From NCBI RefSeq assembly GCF_009914755.1, contig NC_060927.1: 64,000 nucleotides of DNA. The stretch is one strand, 5' to 3'. A program made the translations under genes and the position numbers. Numbering within the stretch: position 1 is the first letter of the stretch; each line of letters begins with the position of its first letter. The notes below the pieces were generated by a model, which saw only the letters and a program-made list of their open reading frames with translations, was not told where the DNA came from and made no database searches. Of this stretch, positions 24,113 through 38,600 are shown one piece after another. This DNA comes from the human T2T-CHM13v2.0 reference genome, Homo sapiens.

Positions 24113-26579
24113 ATAATCAATTCCAGATCCTTTGACAGTTTATTACCTGTCATGTCAGTATTCTTGTCAGTATTCTTGATTATGAACAACAGAAAACCAC
24201 TCTGGTAAACCTAAGTAAAAATTAAACACATTTAAAGACTATGGGATAGTAAAAATATCCTATAGTAGGAAGTATGGGCAGAGACAAAAGGAAACAAGCC
24301 CAGAAAAGGTTATGCCTCAGGCATGTCTCTTTAGGACACCACCTGTCTCTGGCATCCCTGTCACTAAACATTTTCTGAGTTCCTGAACTGCTCCATCTCT
24401 GAGTTCCTGCCACTGCACCATTGTAATCTGCTTTATGGGGCAGATGCTTTAAGTATAGGGCATGCAGGGATTAATCTCTGCATGCTATATAACTCCAGAT
24501 GACAAGACATTTGAATGAGGAGGATCTCAAAATTACAAGTATCCACTACAGTTAATTGGATAATGTATGAGCAAGTGGGCTTTAAATGTCTATTCTTCCA
24601 TTATCCCTTTGAATAATTGACGCAAAACGCTCTGACTATCAGTAAAAACTCCAGCCAAATCATCCAAAATGTAATTGTTGGGAACCAAGCAACTTATATA
24701 CACACACTCACCTAACCTAATTTCTGGCCGCTTCTTCGTGGAAAAGTGATTATTTAGATGACAGAACCGGAGATTAGCCATGATTACTGAAAGCAGGATC
24801 ATGGTTCATGTGGAGGTCATATGCACACAGCATTCTTCTCCATGCCTCCTCGCTTTAGGGGTTCATGCATCCTTAGGTGTGTTCGTCATTGCTTTGGGGA
24901 TTACACAAAGTGACATAACCTCCAAATCCTATTTCAGGATTAAAGGAGACAGGTCTGATTTGGCCACCTGCTGCTAATTCAGATACCCCTATTCCCAGAT
25001 TTACCTGAGCACTGAATTTGGACATAGCAAGCACTTTGCTTCTGGATAAAATGCTAACTTTGCCGTTTTGATATATGTGGTTAGTTCCTTTGGGGAATTT
25101 GTGGGAATGAAGAGTGATTGTCTAAATAGAATTGAGTATTCCTGGGTCCTCTAATTAAATAACAGAACATATCATCAAAACATAACTCACCACTGAAAAT
25201 CTGCTTTACTAAATTAACAAATGACTTTTATCTGAAATGTTGGCATTTTGCAGAGAGAACTTACTCATTCTACTTTGATGAATTACTCTTTTGATTCCTT
25301 TAACGTCTGTCACTGTTTGAAATAACGAACTCAGCATAGTTCCTCTGTAAATAAAATGATAGGTTGAGATAATTATAAATTCACATGCAGTTACAGGAAA
25401 TAACACAGACAGATCCCATCTACCTTTTACCCACTTTCCCCCAGTATTAACACTGCAAAACTCTAAAAAAAAAATCACATCCAGAATATTGACATTGAAC
25501 CACCATGTTGAAGAGTATTCCATTACCACAAGGATCTCTCATGTTGCTTTCCTTATTTCTATAATTTTGCCATTTAAAGAGTGTTATATAAATTGGCTCA
25601 TGTAGTATTTAACATATTTGGATTAATATTTTACACTTAGTCTATTGCTATGGAGAGTCATTCAAGTCATTACATGTTTCAATAGTTAATTTCCTTTTAT
25701 TTCTTAGTATTCTATGATATGGATGTACCACAATCTGTATAACTGTTCACCAATTGCAGTACATCTGTGTTTTTCTAACTTTAAGCTATAACAAATAAGG
25801 CTGCTATAAATATGCATGTACAAATTTTTGTGTGAATATAAATTTTCATATATCTGGAATAAATTTGCAGGAGAGAAATTACTGGGTTGTATGGTAGTTG
25901 AAAATTTAGGTTACCAAGAAATTTCCGAATTGTTTTCCAGAGTTTCTGTAATATTTTGCATTCCTACCAGCAATGTACTAATGATCCAGTTTGTCTGTAT
26001 CCTTGCTTTGGATTTCTTTTGCCTTTCTTCTTCTAGATTTCTTTTTTGAGGTGAGAAATTAGATCACTGATTTGGGAACTTTTCATTTTTTACTGGTATA
26101 TGCACTTGATATTATAAACTTCCCTCTCACACTGCTTTGGCTTTATTGCACAGGTATTTATATGATCTATTGTATTTTAATTTAGTTCATTTTATTTAGA
26201 AATTAGTTGTTTAGTTTTCAGTGTTTGGAGATTTTCCTGTTATCTTTCTATTATTGATTTCTTCTATGATTTTATGATGGTGAGGCACACAGTCTCTATG
26301 ATTTCTTTGTTTTAATTTATTGAGGTTTGTTTTGTGGTTCAGGATATGTGCTATCTTGGTAAATATTCCAAGCATACGTGAGAAGAATATATAGCCTGCT
26401 GTTGGGGGGAGTGTTCTAAAAATATCAATTGATCTTGGTTGATGGTGTTGAATTATTTTGAATCCTTGCTTTTTCTCTGTCTAATTTTTTGCCACTTGTT
26501 GAAACAGGGTGTTGAAATATTCAACTAGAATTGATTTTGTTGTTGTTGTTTTATTTTTTAATTTTAAAAATTAAAAAAA

Positions 26580-26698
26580 TAAAGATATTGGTCTCACTCT
26601 TTTGACTAGGCTGGTTTGGAACTTCTGGCCCCAAACAACCCTCCCATCTAAGCCTCCCAAACTGCTGGGATTACAGGCATGAGCCATCATGCCTGGCC
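26580..26698 (-). mobile_element. FLAM/Alu monomer
   Basis: GGTCTCACT..GGCTGGT..GCCTCCCAAACTGCTGGGATTACAGGCATGAGCCA; single arm. Confidence 0.85.
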
Positions 26699-26979
26699 TC
26701 AAATAGAATTGTAAATTTGTCTATTTCTCCTTTCATTTCTATTGATATTTTGCAGCTCTGTTGTTTGGTGAATACACATTTAGGATTTCTACATCTATTT
26801 GGAGAATTAACCTTTTTATCATTATATAATGTAGCTTTCTGTCTCTAATTCTTTTATTTGTTCTAAAATCTACCAAATCTAATATTAATACAACCATTCA
26901 TGCTTTATTTTGATTTAATATTTGTGTGGTATATATTTTTTCCATCCTTTTAATTTAAAGTTGCCTCTACCATAGCTGA

Positions 26980-27303
<324 letters not shown>

Positions 27304-30043
27304 GAGTTGGGTCATGCTTTTTAATTCACTTTGCCAATCTCTATCTTTAATTTAATAGGCCATATATATTTAATACATTTATTGATATGATAAAGCTTAA
27401 ACCTGCCGGTTTTTTTTTTAATTTGTTCTTTCTGTTTTTTATTTTTCTATTGCCTTTTTCTGCTTTCAATTTTAATTCAACAGTAAAGCTACAGTAGTTT
27501 CAATGTATCTTTTCATATAGCTTTTTTAGTGTTGCCCTGGTTATCACATTATGTTTACATGTTAACTATCAAATCCTACTGGTGTTGCCAGTTAGGAGAA
27601 GTGTAGACATCTCCTCATATTCCCTTATCCTACATTCATAATATATTTACCTTATGTACATTTAGAACCATATTGGATTGTGTTATAATTTTGCCTTATG
27701 AACCAAATATAATTTAGAAACTCAAGGCAAGTAGAAAAATGTATTTACCCATGTTTTTACTCCTTACATTGTTCTTTCTGCTTCCCTGATTTCCAAGATT
27801 CTTACTATTTTTCTAGTTTAGTGAATTCCCTTTAGCCCTTTTTCAGGGTCAGCTTTCTAGTGCCAAATAGTCTTCGTTTTTCCTTCAACTGAGAAGGCCT
27901 TGATTTTCTCTTCATTCTTGAGCATATTTTCACCGGATATAAGATTCTGAGTTTAAAGTTCTTTTCTTTTGGCACTTGAAAAATGTATGCCTTTCTTTTT
28001 CTGATCTTTATGGTTTCTGAAGAGAAACTGGCTGGCATCAATCTGTTATCCCCCTATAGATAAGGTGTCATTCCTCTTTTGTTACTTTCAAGATTTCACT
28101 TTGTTTGGTTTTCAGCTTTCAGAAATTTGGCAATGATGTGTCTTGGTATAGATTTCTTTTGGTTTATGCTGTCTGGGATTCACTCCACTTCATTAACTTT
28201 AAATCTGCAGGTTTATATTTTTTGTGAACTTTGGAAAGTTTGTAACTTATTTCTTCAAGTATGTTCTTAGCTTCACCCTTTTTCTCCTGTTCTTCAAGAC
28301 TGATGATACAAGTCTTAGAACTTTTCTTATAGTACTACAGGTCTGTAAGAATCTATTTTTTTTTAATTCCACAGTGTACATTTTCTCTGTTTTTCAGATT
28401 GTATACTTTTTATTCAAGCTCTAAGTTTATTGATGATTTCCTCTGTTGCTTTCTTCCTATTGCTGATCCCATCCATTGAGTTTAAATTTATCGTTGTACT
28501 TTATAGTCCTAAAATTTCAATTTGTTTCTTCATATCTTCTCCTTATTGACTGTGGTTTTATATTTTTTGCTGAGACTTTCTATATTCTCAATTATTCATA
28601 TAATGTTTATAATTGCTCATTCAATGATAGTTATTAAGATTTTTATAATTCTGACAGTTTTGTCACCTTGCTCACTGTTGATGTCTATTTTTTTATTTGT
28701 TTGAACATCTTCCTGATTTTAGGTATGATGAGTAATTTTTTATTGGAATATGGACTTTTAAAATTAAATTATGAGACCAAATCTTATTTAAAATTTCTGT
28801 TTTAGCTGGCTTCCTTTCACATTTCTCTGACGGGACAACAGGGTAGAGATTTGTTATTCCCACTAGACATAGAAATCCACATTTCCCATTTGGTCTCCAT
28901 TTACACTAATTGGGAAAATTATTACAGCTGAGAGGAGTGAAGGCGGGCATTCTGCCTCCCCACTACTAGGCATCCGCTGACAGCTCCCTGGATGGGAGAG
29001 TTAAGATTGCCTTGTTACTGCTCCTTATGTCGCCTCTGCTGATATTCCTGTGGTGCAGGGCAGGGTGACCTAGTTATCAGTGGGCAGGTGTGAAAGTACT
29101 GATTTTCCAAGAGGCTCCCTTTGATATCACCCAAGTGGGGACGAGGGAGAGTTCATTACCACCAAGTGGGAGTGGAAGCTCAGGCTTCCCATGTGGTCTC
29201 CTCTGACACCTCAGGGAAGAAGAGATTTGTTACCACCTGATGGAAATTAAAGCCCAAAATCCCCATTTAGTCTTATTTGACATCATTTCAGTGGGGGAGT
29301 TGGGTGTCTCTTTATGGCCAGGAAAGAGTGTAAGTGTAGACTCCCAACTAACCTCGCTATTATGGATGTGGTGGGGGTCCCCATAGTTTCTACTGTGGTT
29401 TTCGGGCAGAGTAGAAAATTTATTGTCTAAAGTTTTCCTTCTCGTTATGCTGGACCTTTCCAAATTTTTTGTCTACCGACAGCAGGACTTTGTTGGGGCT
29501 TATTTTTTTTTCCTCGCTCCCAATGAGATGTCCAGATTGCCAGTTTCTTGGGTTCCAAGTCTGGTGTATATATAAGTCCAAAAGAAAACACCTAAGCAGT
29601 GCACTCTGGTGTCATCTCTGGGTTCCTGTGGTCCCTAGCCTGTTTTCCCTCAACTTTTCAGGATTTTTTTTTGTTGTTTGTCCAAGGATTTTAATGGCCC
29701 TCTGTGGGAGATAGAGGGAAAATGTTTCAATTTCCTGGAAGCAGTTCAGTATACTTTTTAAATAATAAATTCATATTTTAAATATACTTTAAATACATAT
29801 TTTTTACAAAATACATATTTTTTACAAAAAGTAACTATTCACTGCATTTTTTCCTTAAAAGGAATGATATCTCAAAGTGCCTTTTAAGTCTCATTTTGTC
29901 TCTTTTTGGCTTCTGTCAGCACTTAGAAGAAAAAACACACTATTGAAAATAGTGTGTTTTAAAAGAAAAAAAACAAAATTACATTTCTTGTTATTAAGTT
30001 CAAGAAGACTTCAGAAAAAATGTGACACATGAGCTAGGTCTCA

Positions 30044-31752
30044 GTGCAATCCCTATCAAAATACCAATGTCATTCTTCACAGAAATAGAAAAAAAAAATC
30101 CCTAAAATTTATATTGAACCATAAAAGATCCAGAAAAGCCAAAGCAATCCTGAGCAGGAAAAACAAACCTGGAGGCATCACATTACCTGACTTCCAATTA
30201 CACTACAAAGCTATAGTAACCAAAATAGCATAGTACTAACATTAAAAATAGACACATATACCACTGGAACAGAGTAGAGAACACAAAAATAAATCCACCC
30301 ATTTACAGTCAATCATTTTTTGACAAGGCATTTGGGGACAGGGTAATCTCTTCAATCAATGGTGCTGAGAAAACTGGATATCCGTAAGCAAAAGAATGAA
30401 ATTAGACCCCTATCTCTTGCTGTATTAAAAAAAATCCAATAAAAATAGGTTAAAGGTTTAAATGTAGAATCTTAAACTATGAAACTACTGGAAGAGAATA
30501 TTGCAGAAATGCTCCAGGATATTGTCTGCACAAAGGTTTCTTAAATAAGACCTCAAAAGGACAGGCAACCAAAGCAAAAATAGACAAATGAGATCATATC
30601 AAGCTTAAAAGCATTCACACAACAAAGAAAACAATTAACAAAGTAAGGAGACAACTTACAGAGTGTGAAAAAATATTTGCAAACTATCCAACTGACAAGG
30701 GATTAATAACCAGAACATATAAGGAGCTCAAACAACTCAATAGCAAAACCACAAATAATCCAACTTAAAAATGGGCAAAATATCTAAACAGACATTTCTC
30801 AGAAGAAGACATACACATGGCCAACGGGTATATGAGAAATGCTCAACATTACTAACCATCAGAGATATGCAAATCAAAACCACAATGAGATATTATCTCA
30901 CCTCAGTTAAAATGGCTTGTATCAAAAAGTAAAAAAAAAAAATAATGAACACTAGCAAGAATGCAGAAGAAGGGGAAGGCTTATACACTGTTGGTGGGAA
31001 TGTAAATTCATACAGCCACCATGGAGAACAGTATAGAGGTTCCTTTCTAGACATTAACAATAGAGCTATTATATGATCCAGCAATTCCACTGCTGGGTAT
31101 ATTCAAAAGGAAGGAAATCAATATATGAAAGCTGTATCTGCACTTCCTTGTTTATTGCAGCACTATTTATGATAGCTAAGACATGGAATCAACTTGCGTC
31201 CATCAATGGATGAATGGATAAAGAAAATGTGGTGCATATTCCACACACAATGGAATATTATTCAGCCATAAAAATGAATAAAATCCTGCCATTTGCAACA
31301 ACGTGGATAGAATCAGAGGACATTAAGTGAAATAATCAAGGCACAGAAATAATAATATCACATATTCTTACTCATACGTGGGAGGTAAAAAAAAATGATT
31401 TTCATAGAGATAAATATTAGAATGATGTTTTCCAGAGGCTGGTAAGGGTAGTGGGAAGGAAGAGATAAAGAGGGGTTCATTAATGGGTGCAAAAATGCAG
31501 TTAGGAAAAATAAGATCTAGTGTTGAGAAGCATGATAGTGTGACTGCAGTTAACAATAATTGATTGTATATTGTATATTTCAAAATACCCAAAAGAGTGG
31601 AATTGGAATGTGCTTAACACAATGAAGTGATGAAGACTTGAGGTGATGGGTGTCCAAATTACTGATTTGATCATTATACATTGTATGCTTGTATTACAAT
31701 ATCATATGTATCCCATAAATATGTACAACTACTATGTATTTATAAAAGTTAA
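30044..31752 (+). mobile_element. L1MA 3' portion (ORF2 end + 3' UTR)
   Basis: GCAATCCCTATCAAAATACCAATG; AGACATTTCTCAGAAGAAGACATAC; L1MA-type 3' UTR. Confidence 0.9.
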
Positions 31753-32187
31753 ATATTTTTTGAAAATTTAAAGTTCAGTGACGTGAAGTCATTTCCAGTT
31801 GAAGAATATATATTAAAGGATTATATACAGAGGTATTTTTAGTGATGCTCAGTAAAGAGTGAATGCATTGACTTGATGAGAACCCAAGAAACGTGGATTG
31901 TTATGGTGATCTGAAACGTAAAACGGAAGCACATTATTATATTCTTTATGTGTTAGTTAAAGGGTGGGCTTATGGTACTTTATGTCTTTTAAAGTGAGTT
32001 TATGTCCCTATGATTTATGATATTTCATCTATATTGACATGTATTATACATTAAAAGAATGAGAAAATGGAGGCAGAGAGGGAAGTTAAAACAAAAAGAT
32101 CCAATATAGAAATATGTATGATATTTCATAAACTCTAAAGAGGACTTGGGGTAAAAAGGGTCAAAATTAATAATAATAAAAGCACTA

Positions 32188-32520
32188 GGTCTGGGTGCAG
32201 TGTCTCATGCCTGTATGCCTGTAATCCCAGCACTTGGAAAGGCCAAGGCGGGCAGATCAGCTGAGGTCACAAGTTGGAGACCAGCCTGGCCAACATGGCA
32301 AAACCACGTTTCTACTAAAAATACAAAAATTAGCTAGATGTGGCGGCTGGTGCCTGAAATCCCAGCTACTCGGGAGGCTGAGGCAGGAGAATCGTTTGAA
32401 CCCAGAAAATGGAGGTTGTAGTGAGCGCCACTACACTCTAGCCTGGGCAACAGAGAAGACTCCATCTCAAAAAAAAAAAAAAAAAAAAGAAAGAAAGAAA
32501 GAAAAAGAAAAAGAAAATGA
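32188..32520 (+). mobile_element. AluS
   Basis: Dimer with A/(GAAA)n tail; TSD AATAAAAGCAC. Confidence 0.95.
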
Positions 32521-32822
32521 AATAAAAGCACCAGTATATAAAAATAAACAAAACTGTCTTTATAGCTATATCTCAAATCTGTAACTTCTGCACTTACCTT
32601 TTTTTGGAACTCTATTCCTACATTTCTAAATGATGACTTAAAAATAGTACCTTATCTTTGCAAGCTTTTAAAAGTGTACTGTACTTCAAATTATTCATTC
32701 GTTAATTTATTATTTTATTCAATAAATAATTGGTAATTTACATTTCATAGATATTTTATTTTGTGGTAAGAAGACAAAGATAAGTAAGACACGGAACCTG
32801 CTCCTAATAATAGAGTCTAGGA

Positions 32823-32826
<4 letters not shown>

Positions 32827-32874
<48 letters not shown>

Positions 32875-32898
32875 ATGTATATGTATGTATTTATATAT
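32827..32898. repeat. (TA)n/(TATG)n microsatellite
   Basis: Direct observation. Confidence 0.95.
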
Positions 32899-33417
32899 AC
32901 AGATAATCAAACTAAAAAATATAAAACAGTGTAAGGGGATTTAAAAATCTTTATAGATTTATTGACATACTACTCTCACACTGTAATAAGTTCATAAATA
33001 ATTTATAAATAGTAACTCCTCTGATGATTATTTTACAATGGTATCTAAGATTTTCATGTTCAGATTCTTTAATCTAAGTACATACTAACTTAAAATAGTA
33101 AAATCCACCTTAAAGGCTATGATTTCTATTTTATTATTTCAAGAGGTATTTCTTTTAGTAAAGATGTGTAATCATATAGTTACTTAATATTAGAATTGGA
33201 GAAGATTTTGAAGAAAAACAAAGTCCAGAGGACTAATCAGACCTGGCTTTTCTGAATCATAACACAACGTTCATCCCCTTAATAATGCATTAAACAAATG
33301 TTTAGTTAGTCTATAGGTATACCAATTTTATTTTGAATAAGGTAGGCTATAATACATTTCTGGATATCATGCCTTTGAAGTACCTCTGGTTACACTGTTG
33401 TGTGTTTTGCAGCCACA

Positions 33418-33925
33418 CTGGGATAGGCAGAACTCTAAGACAAGGCTCAGGTTCCCTATCCCCTGATGTGCATGTCCTGTAAATTCCCATCCTTTTTAGT
33501 GTGGGCAGAACAGTGGTTATGATAAGATATCACCCCTCCTCCAGATTAAGTTACTGATCAATTTACTTTGAGTTCAGCAGAAAGGAATTTATACTGTGTG
33601 GGCCTGACCTGATCAGAACAACCCTTTAAAAGAAGATGAAGGAGCAAACAATGATCTGCTAGTCTCAAAGATGAGCTAAGCTCCCATGTTTTCAGAGGAA
33701 GAAGCCACATAGCAAGGACCTGAGGGAGGCCTCTGGGTGCTGAGAGCAATCCCTAGCTGATAGGTAGCAGGAAAACAGAAACCTCAGTCAGACAAGAGGA
33801 AAATGAATTCTGCCAGTAACTTGTGAGGTTGGAAGAAAGCCCTGAGCCTTAGATGAGATTGCAGTCCTGGCTGATACCTTAATTGCAGCCTGGTAAGATC
33901 CTGAACAGAGGAGTCAGCTAATGCA
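33418..33925 (+). mobile_element. MLT1E/F-like MaLR LTR
   Basis: GGCAGAACTCTAAGA; GCCACATAGCAAGGACCTGAGGGAGGCCTCTG; AATGAATTCTGCCAGTAAC. Confidence 0.8.
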
Positions 33926-34054
33926 TAATCTTCAAGTCACACATGATGATGGCAGGAGTGAGGTAAAAATAACTATTAAGATCTAGATGACAACGTCTTT
34001 GATAGAGGTAGGGGGATGTAAGCAAAAGGTTTGTAGAGGTCTGTAAATAGGGAG

Positions 34055-34444
34055 TATATGGGCTAAATTGGGTCTCCCCTACCCTCCTGAAAATTCATAT
34101 GTTGATATCCTAACCTCCAGTACCTCCAAATGTGATTGCATTTGGAGATAGGGTCATTTAAGAGACAATTACATTCAAGCAAGGCAATTAGGGTAGGCCT
34201 TAACCCATATGACTAATGTCCTTATAAGAAGAGGACATTAGGACACAAACAGAGAGGACAGACCACAGAAAGACTCAAGGAGAAGATGGCTATCTGTAAG
34301 CCAAGGCGTGAGGTCTCAGAAGAAACCAACACTGCCAATACCTTAATCTGACTTCTAGCTTCCAAGATTGTGAGAAAATAAATTTCTGTAGTTTAAGCCA
34401 CCCAGTCTGGTACTTGTCATGCCAGTCTTAAAATAATTAATACA
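34055..34444 (+). mobile_element. MLT1A/B MaLR solo LTR
   Basis: AAATTCATATGTTGA..ATTTGGAGATAGGGTC..GTTTAAGCCACCCAGTCTG..AATACA; TSD GGGAG at 34050-34054 and 34445-34449. Confidence 0.9.
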
Positions 34445-35218
34445 GGGAGTAAGATACCTATTGATCAAATAAATATATTAGAATGCAAGTTTTGACCCTT
34501 AGTAGACCCTGGGTAAGTATGTCAATTCTGTTTGCCCGTGCTTGCCTGTAAGCAGAATCAGTTGAAGTGATAATCATGAAGTAAGAAGAGTGGCTTTGGT
34601 GGGTCCCAGTTTCCTCACTTCTCAATTGTTTTGGCTATTGCAGGTGAGTCTTATCTTTCTACTGACTTTGATGGGCCATTTATTTTAGTACATTGTGAAT
34701 ACAGGAGACCTTGCCCTGCTCCCCAGAGAGCATTATTATCCCATATCATCAAAATACTTAAGCAGAACTTAGATGATTGTATACAGAAGACAGAATAATT
34801 CTTTTAAAGTTAGATGTTTAAAATATACTACACATATTGTTTTGGGCTACCAAATAAAATTTAATGGCCTAAATTAGAGACATTATCATTTTAAAGTTTC
34901 TCACATGCTTACAAAAAATGCTTCCCAGTATCCAGTCTTTTAAATGCTTTTTCAGCCTGGCATCTGTGATCTGGGATGCAGGACTTGCATAACTCTAAAA
35001 GGAAAGATTAGTTCCTCCAAATATATCCTCTACGTCTTAGATATGTAAGCGTGGTTTGGTCCAAGATGGGAAGATGTTTTCCTGATTCATTTTGTTCCCT
35101 GTGGTTTGAAGCCAAAACAATGGCTCAATAGAAAAGAAACTAAAAGAAGGAAATTCATACTGGGAAAAAGTGTTGAGAAATGAAAAAATCACAATGAGCC
35201 TTAAGAAAAGATATGATA

Positions 35219-35625
<407 letters not shown>

Positions 35626-38600
35626 CACACATTTTTATGCTTATGTGTGCACGGGTCATAGTATTGAATATAGTTCTTATATTCAATGCCATAAGACATT
35701 TAATGTTAAAGCCTGTTTCATGTGGCAAGGGAAAGCAAATTTCTTCAATTAAAGGAAGCTCATTGTCAGGATGTGCAGTAGGACCTTAAATTGGAAAGTT
35801 TAGATTAAGGCAGATATAATCTATAATATATATATAACATATTATATATAATCAATAATATAAAATATATAATATATAGTCGATTCCAATGGTACACTCA
35901 TAAAAATAGCAAAATTTTGACATAGATAACCAGAAACTAGTTATGTGACCTTAAACCCCATTACTGTTAGCAGCAATACAGAAAGGTTAAATGAGTAGGG
36001 AAGATTTTTATGTTGGAGCCACTACAATTTAACCCTCCCCTTTCCCCTAACATATCTGAAGACCTCTGTGATCGCAGAGTAGAGAGTTGCATCTTAATTT
36101 ATAACTGCACTTTGATGACAGTCAAAAGTATATGAATTCTGGAGAAGTGGTATGGAAGCTGTGGCAGAAATTTTAGTTTGAGTCACTTTTTCTATGGGGT
36201 GACTCCTGGAAGCAGAGGTTGAGAAGGTATTGGTAGTAGCCAGTTTAAGATGTCCTGTCCACATGAAGAGATTTTCAATTAAAGAGAGTCAGTCAGAAAA
36301 TCATGAGCAAATCCACGAAAGTTCCCCCATGTGAAAGTCAACTGTAAATATTTGTGAGGCCCAGAGAAAATAAAATGCCCTGCCCTGACATTGAAATCTC
36401 TGTTGCAACAATGGAGGGATCAGAAAAAAAAAAAGGATTTACAAGCTAGGCAAGGAGAAACAATGATAGGTACGTAAAGAAAGAAAGACATCAACATTTG
36501 CTGCACTGCAAGAAGCTAGTTCCAACCAGGTCTCAAATTGGGATGCAATTGAGGGAGTAGATTTAATTTCAAATCTAGTTGGAGTCCTGGTTATTACAGG
36601 TAACTAGACTTTTTCTTTTTCAATACTTCATTGAGACTACATTTGCAGTTTAAAGTGATTATAAGAATTTTTCTTATTTAAGAAGGATGAGAAAATTTAC
36701 CGGACAGCCTGAGTTTGTATGCAGGGGCAGAGGAGTAGTTGCTCCCACCAAGCAGGGATGAAAACACAGTGGGACACAAAATAAAGTGACTTTTATGATT
36801 GGCTCTCCTTGAGTTCTGCTTGTTATCGTTACATAAGAGAATAAAGCAGAGCAGGGCACAGTCTTAGTGGCCATACACTCAGGCTTCACTGAAAATGGAT
36901 TGTCCTGAGGGAACATAGCAGCTGATTTTCAGCGACGGGGAAGTCAGATCATCAGAAGGATGTGGCCACTGCTCACTGACACAGTGGCTGTGTCTGTACA
37001 GTTGCCGATGCTGAGCTTCCTCTCATATATATCAGAATGCAATATACTCCGATAATTAAAGAATATATATTACATGTATTTATAAAAGACCCAAAGCATA
37101 TTATATTGATACAGTAATTATATATAATACATATAATTGTATGGAATTATAATATGTATCTATATACCTATATACATTTGTAAACTTAAAGAAATAGATT
37201 GATATAATATGTTATATAAACTGTAGGCACGTTTCACTCTACACTAGATTGCTAGAATAGGAAACAGTTTTGGAAGGCTAAAGTGTAAAATTTGACTACA
37301 GGCAGGGCAGTCGCAGTGGACACTATCCTTAGGTCAGGAATTTAAGCTTGTTTCTTGCCCTGTCTCTACAAGTCTAGTTCTCAATTTCTTCATCCAAAAA
37401 AAGAAAAAATATACAGGACTGGAGTCCACAGTCTCTCAGGCCCCCAACTGTTCTAACACTTAATCATTCTCATAGATCAAGTAAATGAAGCTTGTACCAC
37501 ACAAAACTGACAATCTGGTTTTAGGTTAATTTCACAGTTTGAAGTCTCCTTCCTCAGATTCCTATCTAGTGATCCTGCATGATAATGGATTAACCCAATA
37601 AAGCTCTGAAGGTTAAGGCTTATATAATACATATAAACCTGTTAAGGTAATATCTCTGGAAAAACTAAAAGTGTTTTCAAGGTTAAGGTATTTTATGATT
37701 CTTAACTCTTCTAAAATTTCATCTTGTATGTTCTTTCCTAGTCTGGCCATAACACAGATCTTTTAAATCAGCATGTCATGGCCTTATCTTGCCTGATGCG
37801 CAGGTAATTCCAGTTTGCAGGTGAAGACAGCTCACCTGCCTATAGCCATGAGTCTTATTTTCAAGCAGTGATTTCTTGGTTCTATAAAATACTTCTTTGG
37901 GTTCTATTTGTACTTGACAGCTTTGCTTCCTTGTGCCGTAGAACTATTAAAGTACTTTTTTTCTTTCCTGTCTTTAGCAAATGACCCAAGCAACAGAGCT
38001 GCCAGTCCATGCTGAAAGTTTATGGCACTGAAGCCTGATCCTGTCTGGCCTCCAGGATCTTGCAGGTAACCGTGGTATTAAGCACCCTTCCCACATTACT
38101 TTCAGAAACTGACAGCCAATAAGGAAAGGCTTGGGGAAGTATGCTGACATTTTGGAAATAACCAATTGAAGAGTCATGAAAGAGAGAATTTAAAAATAAT
38201 TCACAGCACAACCTTCTTTGACAGACAACTTTGGGGAACTTTTCTTGCCAGATGCCAGGACAGAAGTTTGAGTTTGGTGTCTTCCACATTCCTCATAGGA
38301 TCCAGTACTGAGAAAAAAACCAGATGTCCTAGAAGAGAGAGACGAAAGTGCTTGAAACAAGACATATGTAAATCAGTACTTGGAAAATAAACCCAGAATA
38401 TGCTGCTCAGTGATACTCTTGGCAAACAGAGAGAAAAACAGAAGGACAAGTAGCAAACTAACTCTAAATCATTATACCAATGATGATTTAATTAGGTCAA
38501 GGGCATTTTTGCTTATTTCCAGCCTGGATTTTTTCTTATATAATTGGACTTCATAACTGATTTTCAGCTTAATGCATTTGCAAAAATGTACTTCATACTG

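Larger units (their letters stand above)
17690..24560 (-). mobile_element. Ancient ERVL-like provirus remnant, interrupted by younger LTRs
   Basis: Minus-strand remnants resembling ERVL IN (..HGDQPG.. ~19790-19830) and gag N-terminus (NNGVHWL..LKNENDKLK ~23405-23480); similar LTR-like blocks at ~17690-18170 and ~24170-24560. Limits uncertain. Confidence 0.5.

Noticed and set aside
38020-38449. Cluster of short ORFs on both strands
   Set aside because: No recognisable homology or motif; lengths are within random expectation.
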